Positions 1-9,844 of a DNA stretch of 64,000 nucleotides are shown here, one piece after another. Source of the DNA: Myxococcota bacterium (GTDB lineage: Bacteria; Myxococcota_A; UBA9042; PHBI01; JAWLBL01). Below the pieces are notes generated by a model that saw only the letters and a program-made list of their open reading frames with translations, did no database searches and had not been told where the DNA came from. The translations under genes and the position numbers were made by a program. Position 1 is the first letter of the stretch. Every line of letters begins with the position of its first letter. Where the stretch lies: NCBI GenBank assembly GCA_041687695.1, contig JAWLBL010000001.1, forward strand, positions 387,461 through 451,460, in the 5' to 3' direction.

Positions 1-674
1 CAGCGGCCGACGAGCGGGCGGGACCAGTCGTAGTCGGTGGTGTCGACGCCCTCGGGGTGGTCCTCGAGGAGGTGGACGACGTGGTCGAGGGACTGGCCGG
101 AGAGCAGGGGGCCGCCGCCGCCCTCGGCGGTGTTGGACCACAGGATGAGCAGGATGAGGGCGTCGGTGCGGCCGTCGAGGGTGCAGCGGGGCGAGGGGGC
201 GTCGTAGTGCCACTCGAGGCCGGTGAAGTAGTCGGGGGTCAGCGGCGGGCGCGGCGGGGGGAGGAAGCGGGCGTTGAGGATCCACTGCTCGCCCATGGTG
301 GCGCGGCGGACGGTGTGGCTCGGGCCGACCAGGCTGGTGACGGCGTCCCAGACGCGGGGGGCGAAGGCCTCGATGCGCAGGCTGCGGCCGGTCTCGAGGT
401 CGAGGCGCGTGCTGGCCCAGGTGCGCGGGTCCTGCAGATCGAGGTCGTCGGCGGACAGCTGCTGGTAGGCGTGCTGGCTGCGCACGCCGATGCGCGGGCG
501 GGGGGCGCGGTCGACCAGGGTCTGCTGGACGAGCTCGGCCGCGACGACCGGCGAGAAGGCGCGGCGCAGGACGAGGAAGCCGTGGTCGACGAAGCTGGCG
601 ATCTGCTCGGGCGTGAGCGGCTGGGGGGTGCGCGGGGGCGCGGTCGGGCGGGGGGTCGAGCGATAGGTGGACAT
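1..674 (-). CDS. Phytanoyl-CoA dioxygenase (PhyH)-like Fe(II)/2-oxoglutarate dioxygenase, 3' end outside window
   Basis: Not in ORF track (no stop in window). Manual translation from ATG at 674: MSTYRS...PLTPEQIASFVDHGFLVLRRAFS (typical PhyH N-terminus) ... LEWHYDAP (HxD metal motif) ... LILLILWSNTAEGGGGP. Confidence 0.7.
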   Translation of the reverse strand, partial: MSTYRSTPRPTAPPRTPQPLTPEQIASFVDHGFLVLRRAFSPVVAAELVQQTLVDRAPRPRIGVRSQHAYQQLSADDLDLQDPRTWASTRLDLETGRSLRIEAFAPRVWDAVTSLVGPSHTVRRATMGEQWILNARFLPPPRPPLTPDYFTGLEWHYDAPSPRCTLDGRTDALILLILWSNTAEGGGGPLLSGQSLDHVVHLLEDHPEGVDTTDYDWSRPLVGR

Positions 675-909
675 GGCGCTCGCTTGGGGGGCGCTGGGGG
701 GCGCGCCGGGCCCGCGGGCGGCGGGGCGGCGGCGAGCCGGGCGGGCGCCGGGCTCGCGGCAGGGTAACAAAGCGGGTGGGTCCGTGTCACGGCGCGGCGG
801 GCGCGGGGCGGCGGCGGAGGCGCGGGAGGATTTCGCAGTCGATCCGAGCGGTTGACCATGGCCGGCGGGGGCCCCTACAGTGGCGCGTCCCGAGCGCGAG
901 GAGGCGAGG

Positions 910-2181
910 ATGGCGGCGACGCGGTGGAGGGCCTTCGGAGCGGCGGTGGCCGTGGCGGTCGCAGGGGTGATGGCCGGCGCGGCGGCCGGGTGCGGGGCGA
1001 GCGGGCCGCCGGCGGCGACGTGGCACGACGCGGCGACGCTGCGGGCCGAGCAGGACGAGTGGCGCGAGGCGCCGGCCGATGGCGGCTGGGTGCGGCGCGA
1101 GGTGCTGGTGTGGGTGGACGCCGCGCCGACGCCGTCGGGGGCGACCAGCGTCGTGCGGTTCCACGGGGTGCGGACGGCGCCGGCCGGGGGCGAGCTGGCG
1201 TTCGAGCTGCCGGCGCCGGCTGGGGCGAGGGTGCAGGCGGTCCAGGCGCGGGCCATCCTGGGGAGCGGGGCGGCGCCGATGGAGGTCGAGGCCGAGCTGG
1301 GGCCGGCGGCGCGGGCGATCGACCCGGGGCAGCGGGCGGTGCGGGTGGCCGGGGTGGTGCCGGCCGGGGCGGCGCTGGTCGAGGTGCGGGTCGACCTGGC
1401 GGTGGCCGGGACGCTGGCCGGGGACGCGCGGCCGCTGGGGGCGTGGGATGGGCCGACGGCGGAGCTGTTCGTGCGGTACGACCTGCCGGGGGACGCGGAG
1501 TTCGGGCTGCAGGTGGTCGGGGCGACGGCGCGGCCGGTGGTGACCGAGCGCGAGGGGCGCAAGCTGGTGGCGCTGCTGGAGCGGAACGTGCCGGCGGCGG
1601 CGGCCGAGGCGCCGGTGTACGTGCGGTACGTGACGCGGCGGGTGGCGCCCAAGGGGTACGAGCAGCGGGTGACGCCGGCGGACTGGGCGGGCGTGGCGCA
1701 GCGGGTGGCGGCGCGGCTGGTGGCGCCGTCGGTGGGGTACCGTCAGGGGTACGCGGCGCCGGTCGTGGCGAAGGACGCGGCGAGCGCGGTGCGAGAGCTG
1801 ACCGAGTGGACGCGGGACCGGCTGCAGCGGGAGGACGCGCTGGAGGCGCGGTGGGACGCGGGGCGGGCGCTGCCGGCGCTGGTGACGGCGAACGACCTGA
1901 CGGCGACGGACAAGGTGCATCTGCTGCACTGGCTGCTTGACGCGGCGCAGGTGCCGCACCAGCTGGCGGTGGCGCGGACGCGGCGGCACGCGCCGATCGA
2001 CGCGGGGCTGGCCGACCCGGGGGTGTTCGACGTGGCGCTGGTGTACGCCGAGGGTGAGGGGCTGTGGCTGGACCCGGCGTGCGGGGCGTGCGAGCCGGGG
2101 CAGGTGCGGCCGGAGCTGCGGGGGCAGCCGGCGCTGCTGGTGTCGCGGCCGGACGGGCAGCTGAAGGTGTTGCCGAAGTAG
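910..2181 (+). CDS. Lipoprotein with DUF3857/transglutaminase-like architecture, probably catalytically inactive
   Basis: Signal peptide with lipobox-like AAGC; C-terminal LTATDKVHLLHWLL...PGVFDVALVY...WLDPAC...PG resembles transglutaminase-like core; GAGG SD before ATG 910. Confidence 0.6.
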   Translation: MAATRWRAFGAAVAVAVAGVMAGAAAGCGASGPPAATWHDAATLRAEQDEWREAPADGGWVRREVLVWVDAAPTPSGATSVVRFHGVRTAPAGGELAFELPAPAGARVQAVQARAILGSGAAPMEVEAELGPAARAIDPGQRAVRVAGVVPAGAALVEVRVDLAVAGTLAGDARPLGAWDGPTAELFVRYDLPGDAEFGLQVVGATARPVVTEREGRKLVALLERNVPAAAAEAPVYVRYVTRRVAPKGYEQRVTPADWAGVAQRVAARLVAPSVGYRQGYAAPVVAKDAASAVRELTEWTRDRLQREDALEARWDAGRALPALVTANDLTATDKVHLLHWLLDAAQVPHQLAVARTRRHAPIDAGLADPGVFDVALVYAEGEGLWLDPACGACEPGQVRPELRGQPALLVSRPDGQLKVLPK

Positions 2182-2251
2182 ATGGAAATGAGCGCGCGCG
2201 GGGCGGGGTTCGTGCTGGACCACGAAGCCTGGATTGGATAGAAGCGCGCCC

Positions 2252-3880
2252 ATGTCGACAGAGACGCCCGAAAGCCGCCGCATCGCGCAGGAGATCGCGC
2301 GGCGCCGCACGTTCGCCATCATCTCCCACCCCGACGCGGGCAAGACGACGCTGACGGAGAAGCTGCTGCTGTACGGCGGCGCGATCCACCTGGCCGGGTC
2401 GGTCAAGGCGCGGCGGGCGGCGCGGCACGCGACCAGCGACTGGATGGAGCTCGAGAAGCAACGCGGCATCTCGGTGACGACGTCCGCGATGCAGTTCACG
2501 TACGACGACTTCTGCGTGAACATCCTGGACACGCCGGGCCACCAGGACTTCTCCGAGGACACGTACCGGACGCTGGCGGCGGCGGACTGCGCGGTGATGC
2601 TCATCGACGCGGCCAAGGGCGTCGAGCCGCAGACGGAGAAGCTGTTCCGGGTCTGCCAGCTGCGCAACCTGCCGGTGTTCACGTTCGTCAACAAGATGGA
2701 CCGGCACGGGCGCGAGCCGCTGGATCTCATGGACGAGCTGGAGAACCACCTGGGGATGCCGGCCTGCCCGATGAACTGGCCGGTGTTCGACGGGTACGAG
2801 TTCTGCGGCGTGTTCGACCGCAAGTCGCGCGACGTGCACCTGTTCCAGGCGGAAAAGCACGGGGCGACGGCCATCGAGGGCGCGGTCGTGAACCTGGACG
2901 CGCCGGACGTGCTGGACTACCTGTCCGAGCGGGCCATCGCCAAGCTCAACGAGGACCTCGAGCTGCTGGACATCGCGGGCGACCGCTACAGCATCACGCG
3001 CGTGCTGTCGGGCGAGCTGAGCCCCATGTTCTTCGGGTCGGCGCTGACCAACTTCGGCGTGCAGCTGTTCCTCGAGACCTTCCTGAAGATGGCGCCGCCG
3101 CCGGCGACCTACGAGACGGCCGCGGGCGACAAGGTCCCCGTGACGGCGCCGTTTTCGGGGTTCGTGTTCAAGATCCAGGCGAACATGGACTCGTCGCACC
3201 GCGACCGCATCGCCTTCATGCGCATCTGCTCGGGGCGCTTCGTCAAGGGCATGGACGCCAGGCACGTGCGGGTCGGCAAGCCCATCCGGCTGAAGAACCC
3301 GTCGGCCTTCATGGCGCGCGAGCGGTCGACCATCGAGGAGGCCTTCGCCGGCGACATCATCGGCCTGTACGACCCCGGGGTCTTCCGCATCGGCGACACG
3401 CTGACCGGCGGCGCGGACCTCGAGTACAAGGGCATCCCTCACTTCTCGCCCGAGCTGTTCCAGAAGATCCGCGTAGGCGACCCGCTCAAGCGCAAGCAGC
3501 TCATCAAGGGGCTCGAGCAGCTCAGCGAGGAGGGCGCCATCCAGGTCTACTCGGACTACATCACCGAGCAGAGCGACATCGTCGGCGCGGTCGGCTCGCT
3601 GCAGTTCGAGGTGCTCGCCCACCGGCTCGAGAGCGAATACAACGTCAAGGCCATCCTGACGGGGCTGCCCTACACGGTGTGCCGGTGGATCGTGGGCGAC
3701 GGGTTCGACCCCAAGACGTTCCAGCGCGGACAGGGCTCGACGCTGGCGCGCGACCGGGACGGGCACCCGGTCATCCTGTTCTCGAACAGCTGGGGCGTGC
3801 GCTGGGCCGAGGACAACAACAAGGGTTTCAAGCTGTTGCCCGTGTCGCCGGTGGCCAGCCACGCGGGCGCGCTGAGCTGA
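2252..3880 (+). CDS. prfC: Peptide chain release factor 3
   Basis: RRRTFAIISHPDAGKTTLTEKLL, DWMELEKQRGISVT, LDTPGHQDFSEDTYR, NKMD, FVFKIQANMD..HRDRIAF, GAVGSLQFEV..RLESEY. Confidence 0.98.
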   Translation: MSTETPESRRIAQEIARRRTFAIISHPDAGKTTLTEKLLLYGGAIHLAGSVKARRAARHATSDWMELEKQRGISVTTSAMQFTYDDFCVNILDTPGHQDFSEDTYRTLAAADCAVMLIDAAKGVEPQTEKLFRVCQLRNLPVFTFVNKMDRHGREPLDLMDELENHLGMPACPMNWPVFDGYEFCGVFDRKSRDVHLFQAEKHGATAIEGAVVNLDAPDVLDYLSERAIAKLNEDLELLDIAGDRYSITRVLSGELSPMFFGSALTNFGVQLFLETFLKMAPPPATYETAAGDKVPVTAPFSGFVFKIQANMDSSHRDRIAFMRICSGRFVKGMDARHVRVGKPIRLKNPSAFMARERSTIEEAFAGDIIGLYDPGVFRIGDTLTGGADLEYKGIPHFSPELFQKIRVGDPLKRKQLIKGLEQLSEEGAIQVYSDYITEQSDIVGAVGSLQFEVLAHRLESEYNVKAILTGLPYTVCRWIVGDGFDPKTFQRGQGSTLARDRDGHPVILFSNSWGVRWAEDNNKGFKLLPVSPVASHAGALS

Positions 3881-3940
3881 GGTCGCGGCGCGCGGAGATG
3901 GTGATTGAGCCGCGCGCGGCGGGTGGGTACAGTCCGCAGC

Positions 3941-4048
3941 GAGGGCTTCGTCAGGGATTTCGTCAAGGATTTCGCCAAGAAACTCGCCAAGGAACTCGCC
4001 AAGGAACTCGCCAAGGAACTCGCCAAGGAACTCGCCAAGGAACTCGGA
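3941..4048. repeat. 12-bp tandem repeat (consensus AAGGAACTCGCC), 9 units
   Basis: Four perfect units 3989-4036, progressively degenerate units 3941-3988, last unit runs into GGAGG SD. Confidence 0.95.
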
Positions 4049-4057
4049 GGTCTCGAG

Positions 4058-4420
4058 ATGCAGGAGCGGCGCGACTCGCGGTCGACCCGATACGCGACGG
4101 GCAGCAGTGACAAGAGCCTGGACCGGGCGGTGCGCGACCAGGCCGTGCTCCAGCGCGGGCGGCTGAACGCGAGCGACGCGGACACGCGGTACGTGCCGGC
4201 GGCGCCGACGCGCGAGGCCTACGACCAGCTGCGGAGCGAGCGGACCGACCTCGACTACAAGGAGTGGAACGCCTCGACCGGCTTCTGGGGCCTGGGGCGG
4301 ACGCCGACGGGGCCCGGGGTGCGCGAGGACACGGCGGTGCGGCGCGACACGCCGGGCACGCAGACCGAGGCGCAGTTCCGACGCGCGCGGCGGCGGGCCG
4401 AGCTCGAGGACGGGTTCTGA
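4058..4420 (+). CDS. Hypothetical protein (120 aa)
   Basis: GGAGG at 4046-4050 then ATG 4058; GC3-rich codon usage; stop overlaps next gene. Confidence 0.65.
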   Translation: MQERRDSRSTRYATGSSDKSLDRAVRDQAVLQRGRLNASDADTRYVPAAPTREAYDQLRSERTDLDYKEWNASTGFWGLGRTPTGPGVREDTAVRRDTPGTQTEAQFRRARRRAELEDGF

Positions 4421-5211
4421 GCGCGGCGGCCTCCGAGGGGTCGCGCCCGGTCCTCGAGACGCGGGTCGTCACGCGCGGCTACGAGATGGGCGCGCGCGGG
4501 GTCATCCCGCCGCAGGTGATGGCGCGCTACCTCGAGCACGTGCGCTGGGAGGCGGCGGGCGACCCGCGGCTGCGGATGGACCGGCTGTTCACGGGCGGGC
4601 ACCGGGTGGTCGTGCGGGCGCAGCGGCTGGCGCTGACGGCGCCGGTGCGGTTCCACGAGGCGCTGGACGTCGAGACCTGGGTCAGCCGGGTCGGGCGGTC
4701 GAGCCTGGACATGAGCCACCGCGTGGTCCGGGCGGGGGACGGCGCCGAGGTGGCGCGGGCGCGGGTCACGGCCGTGCACGTGGGGCCCGACGGGCGGCCG
4801 GCGCCGGTGCCCGAGGCGATGGCGCGCGCCGTGACGAGCGGCCCCGAGGTCGAGATCGCCGCGCTCGAGGCGGCCGCGCCGGCCGACGCGTGGCGCCGCC
4901 CCGTGGTGATCCGGCCCAGCGACATCGACGTCCTGCAGCACGTCAACCAGTCGAACTACCTGGCCTTCTTCGAGGACGCCCGCCAGCTGGCCGCCGAGGC
5001 CGGCGCCCTGGACGCCGCCGCGGCCCGCCCGGCGCAGTCCCTGGCGCTCGACTACGAGCGCGAGGCGCGCCTGCACGACCCGGTCGAGGTCGTCGCCTGG
5101 GCGCTGGGCGCGGACGCCTTCGGGCTCGAGCTGCGCCGCACCCGGGCCGCCGCCGGGGGCGAGGCCGTCCTGTGCCGGGCCCGGGTCGAGGTGGCGCCGA
5201 GCGCCCGATGA
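4417..5211 (+). CDS. Tandem hotdog-fold acyl-ACP/acyl-CoA thioesterase
   Basis: Second domain IRPSDIDVLQHVNQSNYLAFFEDAR (4HBT/YbgC-type motif); first domain VTRGYEM...RYLEHVRWE...VGRSSLDM. Start uncertain (possibly CTG 4417). Confidence 0.85.
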   Translation: MSAAASEGSRPVLETRVVTRGYEMGARGVIPPQVMARYLEHVRWEAAGDPRLRMDRLFTGGHRVVVRAQRLALTAPVRFHEALDVETWVSRVGRSSLDMSHRVVRAGDGAEVARARVTAVHVGPDGRPAPVPEAMARAVTSGPEVEIAALEAAAPADAWRRPVVIRPSDIDVLQHVNQSNYLAFFEDARQLAAEAGALDAAAARPAQSLALDYEREARLHDPVEVVAWALGADAFGLELRRTRAAAGGEAVLCRARVEVAPSAR

Positions 5212-7103
5212 GCGGGGCGACGCGGCGCGCGCTGACCGCCACGCTCATTGCGCTCGTCGCCGCGCTGGCCTACGCGCCGGCCTTCGACGCCGGCTTCGCC
5301 TTCGACGACCCGGCCGCCGTCGTCGACAACCCCGTCGTGCGCGGCGAGGCGCCGCTCTCGCAGGCCTTCACCGGCAACTTCTGGGGCGACCGCCCCGGCT
5401 TCGAGCACCTGGCCAGCTGGCGCCCGCTGACCCTGCTGTCGCTGCGCGTCGACCACCTGGTCGGCGAGGGCGCCGCCGCCCCCTTCCACGCCACCAACGT
5501 CGCCCTGCACGCCCTGGCCGCCCTGCTCTGCTGGGTCGCCGCCGCCCGCCTGGGCGCCGCGCCCCTCGCCGCCGCCGCCGCCGGCCTGTTCGTCGCGGCC
5601 CACCCGGTCTTCGCCGAAGCCGTCGCCAGCGTGGTCGGCCGCGGCGACCTCCTGGCCGCCGCCTTCGCCCTGGGCGCCCTCATGCTCTGGCGCGACCGCC
5701 CCGCCGCCGCCCTCGGCGCCCTGGCGCTGGCCCTGCTCTCCAAGGAGACCGCCCTCGCCGCCGCCGCCGCCCTGGCCCTGCACGCCGCCTGGCGTCGCCA
5801 GTGGCCCCGCGCCGGCGCCGTCCTGGCCCTGACCGCCGCCTGGTACGGCGCCCGCGCCCTCGCCGTCGGCCACCTGGGCGGCGCCCTCGACGCCAGCGAC
5901 AACCCGCTGGTCGCCCTCTCCACGGCCGACCGCCTCGTCGCCGGCCTGGGCGTGGTCGGCCGCATGATCGCCTGGACGCTCTGGCCCCAGCCCGTCGCCC
6001 CCGACTACGCCCACGGCGTCGATCTCGCCGGCCCGCTCGCCGCCTACGCCTGGCTCGGCGCCCTCGCCCTCGCCGCCCTGTCCGCCGGCCTCTTCGCCGC
6101 CCTGCGCCGCGACGCCCCCGCCGCCGCCCTCGGCCTCGCCACCGCCCTGGCCGGCCTGGTCCTCGCCTCCAACCTGCTCTTCCCCCTGCCCACCCCGCTC
6201 GCCGGGCGCCTGGCCTACCTGCCCGCTTGCGGCCTGGCCCTCGCCGCCGCCGCCGCCGCCCTCCCCCGCGCGCCCCACCTCGCCCCGGCCGCCCTGGCCC
6301 TGCTCGCCGCCGTGGGCCTGCCCGCCACCTGGGCCACCGCCCACGCCTGGCGCGACGACGCCACCCTGTTCGCCTTCGCCGTCCAGACCGAGCCCACCAG
6401 CGTCCGCGCCCGCGTCAACCTGGCCGCCGCCCTCCTCGCCGGCGACGCCCCCGACGCCGCCCGCCCCCACCTCGAGGCCGCCCTCGCCCTCGCGCCCGAC
6501 CACCCGACCGCCCTGACCAACCTCTCGGTCCTGGCCGACCGCCAGCGCCGCCCCGATGAGGCCCTCGCCCTGGCCCGCCGCGCCGCCGCCGGCGAGCGCC
6601 GCCCCGGCCGCGCCCACGCCAACCTCTGCGCCATGGCCCTGCGCGCCCCCGCCGCCGACCCCGCCGCCCTCGCCCCGACCCTCGACGTCTGCCGCCTCGC
6701 CGCCGCCGGCCTCCCGCGCGCCCCCGAGCCCCGCGTCAACCTGGCCCGCGCCCTCGCCCGCGCCGGCCACCTCGCCGAGGCCGAGGCCACCTTCGCCGCC
6801 GCCCGCGCCCTGGCCCCCGACTCCGAGCTGGTCGCCGGCCACTTCATCGGCTTCCTCGCCGAGACCGGCCGCCCCGACCAGGCCCTGGCCCTGCAACGCG
6901 ACCTCGTCGCCCGCCGCCCCGACGACCCGGTCCGCCGCCGCAACCTGGTCGCCCTGGCCTTCCAGGCCGCCGACCACGCCCGCCGCCAGGGCCGCCCCGC
7001 CGACGCCTGCGCCCTGGCCCGCGAGGGCGCCGCCGTCGCCGGCCCCGTCCCCGCCGTCACCGCCCGCATGCAGGCCCTCTGCGCCGCCGCCCCGCCGCGC
7101 TGA
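5208..7103 (+). CDS. TMTC-like GT-C membrane glycosyltransferase with C-terminal TPR repeats
   Basis: GFAFDD..AVVDNP, FWG...WRPLTLLS, FHATNVALH, HPVFAEAVASVVGRGDLL, SKETAL, RLAYLP, WRDDATLF then TPR-like helices; ATGA overlap with upstream gene. Confidence 0.85.
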   Translation: MSGATRRALTATLIALVAALAYAPAFDAGFAFDDPAAVVDNPVVRGEAPLSQAFTGNFWGDRPGFEHLASWRPLTLLSLRVDHLVGEGAAAPFHATNVALHALAALLCWVAAARLGAAPLAAAAAGLFVAAHPVFAEAVASVVGRGDLLAAAFALGALMLWRDRPAAALGALALALLSKETALAAAAALALHAAWRRQWPRAGAVLALTAAWYGARALAVGHLGGALDASDNPLVALSTADRLVAGLGVVGRMIAWTLWPQPVAPDYAHGVDLAGPLAAYAWLGALALAALSAGLFAALRRDAPAAALGLATALAGLVLASNLLFPLPTPLAGRLAYLPACGLALAAAAAALPRAPHLAPAALALLAAVGLPATWATAHAWRDDATLFAFAVQTEPTSVRARVNLAAALLAGDAPDAARPHLEAALALAPDHPTALTNLSVLADRQRRPDEALALARRAAAGERRPGRAHANLCAMALRAPAADPAALAPTLDVCRLAAAGLPRAPEPRVNLARALARAGHLAEAEATFAAARALAPDSELVAGHFIGFLAETGRPDQALALQRDLVARRPDDPVRRRNLVALAFQAADHARRQGRPADACALAREGAAVAGPVPAVTARMQALCAAAPPR

Positions 7104-7218
7104 CCCGCCCGGCCCGCCTCCCTGGCCTGCCCTCGCCCGCCGCCGAACGATCGCGTATCGTGCCGCCTTCGCAGGTCGCGGGAAGCAGCCCGCCTACCCG
7201 CCCGTTGGACCGGCCACC

Positions 7219-8838
7219 GTGAACCCCTCGCCCCACCTCCTCGACACGCGCCTCAGGCAGCTGTCGCGCCGTCGCGCGCTCGGCCGCGTCCTCGGCGCCC
7301 TCGGCCCGCGCCTCGCCGCGACCCTGGCCATCGCCTGCGCCGCGGTCGTCGTCGCGCGCCTCGCGCTGCCGCAGGCCGCCGACTGGCTGTGGCTCGCCCC
7401 GGCCCTGGCGGCCGCCCTCCCCCTGCTGACCCTGCCCCGCGCCCTGCGGGCCCCGCCGCGCGCCCGCCTCGCCGCCGACCTCGATCTGCTGGCGCACGGC
7501 GAAGGCCTGGTCATGGCCCTGGCCGCCCAGGCCCCCGCCGATCGCGATCCCGCGTGGACCGAGCGCCTGATGCGCCGCCTCGAGGCCGTCGCGCTGCCCC
7601 CCGTCCCCTGGCGCGCCCTGGGCCCCCCGATCGTGGCGGCCGCCGCCGTCGCGGGCGCCTTCGCCCTGCCCCAGCGCCTGCCCGAGCCGCCGCCCGAGCG
7701 CCCACCGGTCGCCGGCTTCTTCGACGAGGCCCGCCGCCGCCTCGACGCCCTGGCGGCGCGCGGCCTCCTGCCCGAGCCGCAGCGCGCCGAGCTGGAGCGG
7801 CAGATCGAGCGCCTCGAGGCCGAGGCCGCCCGCACCGGCATGAGCCAGGCCGCCTGGGACGGCCTGGACCGGGTCGACGAGCAGGCCCGCGCCACGGCCA
7901 CCCAGGCCACCCGCCGCCTCGCCGAGGCCATGGTCGCCGCCGAGCGCGCCCGCGGCCTGACCGTCGACCCGCCCGCCCCCGAGACGCCCGAGCTGGTCGA
8001 CCCGGACGACCCCGACGCCGACGACCCCGAGCGCCCCGAGCCGCGCAGCCGCTTGAAGCGCAAGCCGAAGGAGCCGGAGCCGAGCGACCCCGACGCGCCG
8101 GCCGCCCGGGCCAGCCGCCGCAAGCGCCTGCTCGAGCGCCTGACCCGCGAGTCCGATCGCAAGGCGCTGCAGCGCTTCGCCCGCGGCCTGGGTGAGCTGG
8201 CCGAGGCCGCGCCGGATCTCATCCCGCGCCTGGACGACGCGATGCTCGACGAGCTGGACCGCCTGCTCGAAGCGCTGGGCCCCGACGCCGGCCTCACGCC
8301 AGAGCAGCTCGAGGCCCTGCGCCGCGCCGCGGGCGGTCAGGCGGGCCAGGGCGGCCAGGGCGGCCAGGGCGGCGCGCGCCCGATGACCCAGGACGAGCTG
8401 GACGAGCTGGTCGAGGCCCTGCGCCGGCGGCTGCAGGGCGAGGCCGACGGCCTCGACGGCACCGAGCACGGCCAGCGCCTGGCGGTCCTGCTGCAGGCCA
8501 TGCGCCAGCTGGCCGGCGGCGACCCAGGGCGCGGCGGCGGTCCGGCCCCGCTCACCCGCGACGGCCGCCCCGCCGGCCCGGCCGGCCAGGTCACCGCCCT
8601 GCCCCCCGGCCTGCCCGACGATGGCGACGGCTCGGTGACGCTGGCGGTCGAGACCCGCGCCCCCGAGCTCGACGACGCCGCCCGCCGCGAGCTGGTCCGC
8701 GCCGCCGCCCAGGCCATGGACCCCGCCCGCGCCGACGCCCGCCGCGCCCACGTCGCTCCGCGCCACAAGGCCGTCGTAGGCCGCTACTTCGAGGCGGGCG
8801 CCGCCCCCGCCCCCGCCCCCGCCCCCCAGCCCGAGTAG
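7219..8838 (+). CDS. Membrane-anchored coiled-coil hypothetical protein, first gene of MoxR operon
   Basis: GTG 7219; N-terminal TM helices, acidic/coiled central region, GGQ repeats, C-terminal VAPRHKAVVGRYF. Confidence 0.7.
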   Translation: MNPSPHLLDTRLRQLSRRRALGRVLGALGPRLAATLAIACAAVVVARLALPQAADWLWLAPALAAALPLLTLPRALRAPPRARLAADLDLLAHGEGLVMALAAQAPADRDPAWTERLMRRLEAVALPPVPWRALGPPIVAAAAVAGAFALPQRLPEPPPERPPVAGFFDEARRRLDALAARGLLPEPQRAELERQIERLEAEAARTGMSQAAWDGLDRVDEQARATATQATRRLAEAMVAAERARGLTVDPPAPETPELVDPDDPDADDPERPEPRSRLKRKPKEPEPSDPDAPAARASRRKRLLERLTRESDRKALQRFARGLGELAEAAPDLIPRLDDAMLDELDRLLEALGPDAGLTPEQLEALRRAAGGQAGQGGQGGQGGARPMTQDELDELVEALRRRLQGEADGLDGTEHGQRLAVLLQAMRQLAGGDPGRGGGPAPLTRDGRPAGPAGQVTALPPGLPDDGDGSVTLAVETRAPELDDAARRELVRAAAQAMDPARADARRAHVAPRHKAVVGRYFEAGAAPAPAPAPQPE

Positions 8839-8845
8839 GTCGCCG

Positions 8846-9840
<995 letters not shown>

Positions 9841-9844
<4 letters not shown>

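Noticed and set aside
57..859. Track ORFs 57..767 (+) and 239..859 (-)
   Set aside because: Shadows of the PhyH-like gene in another minus-strand frame that runs off the window.
3905..4057. (KELA)n coiled-coil N-terminal extension
   Set aside because: Weak TTG start without SD, versus a clear GGAGG + ATG at 4058; treated as non-coding VNTR.
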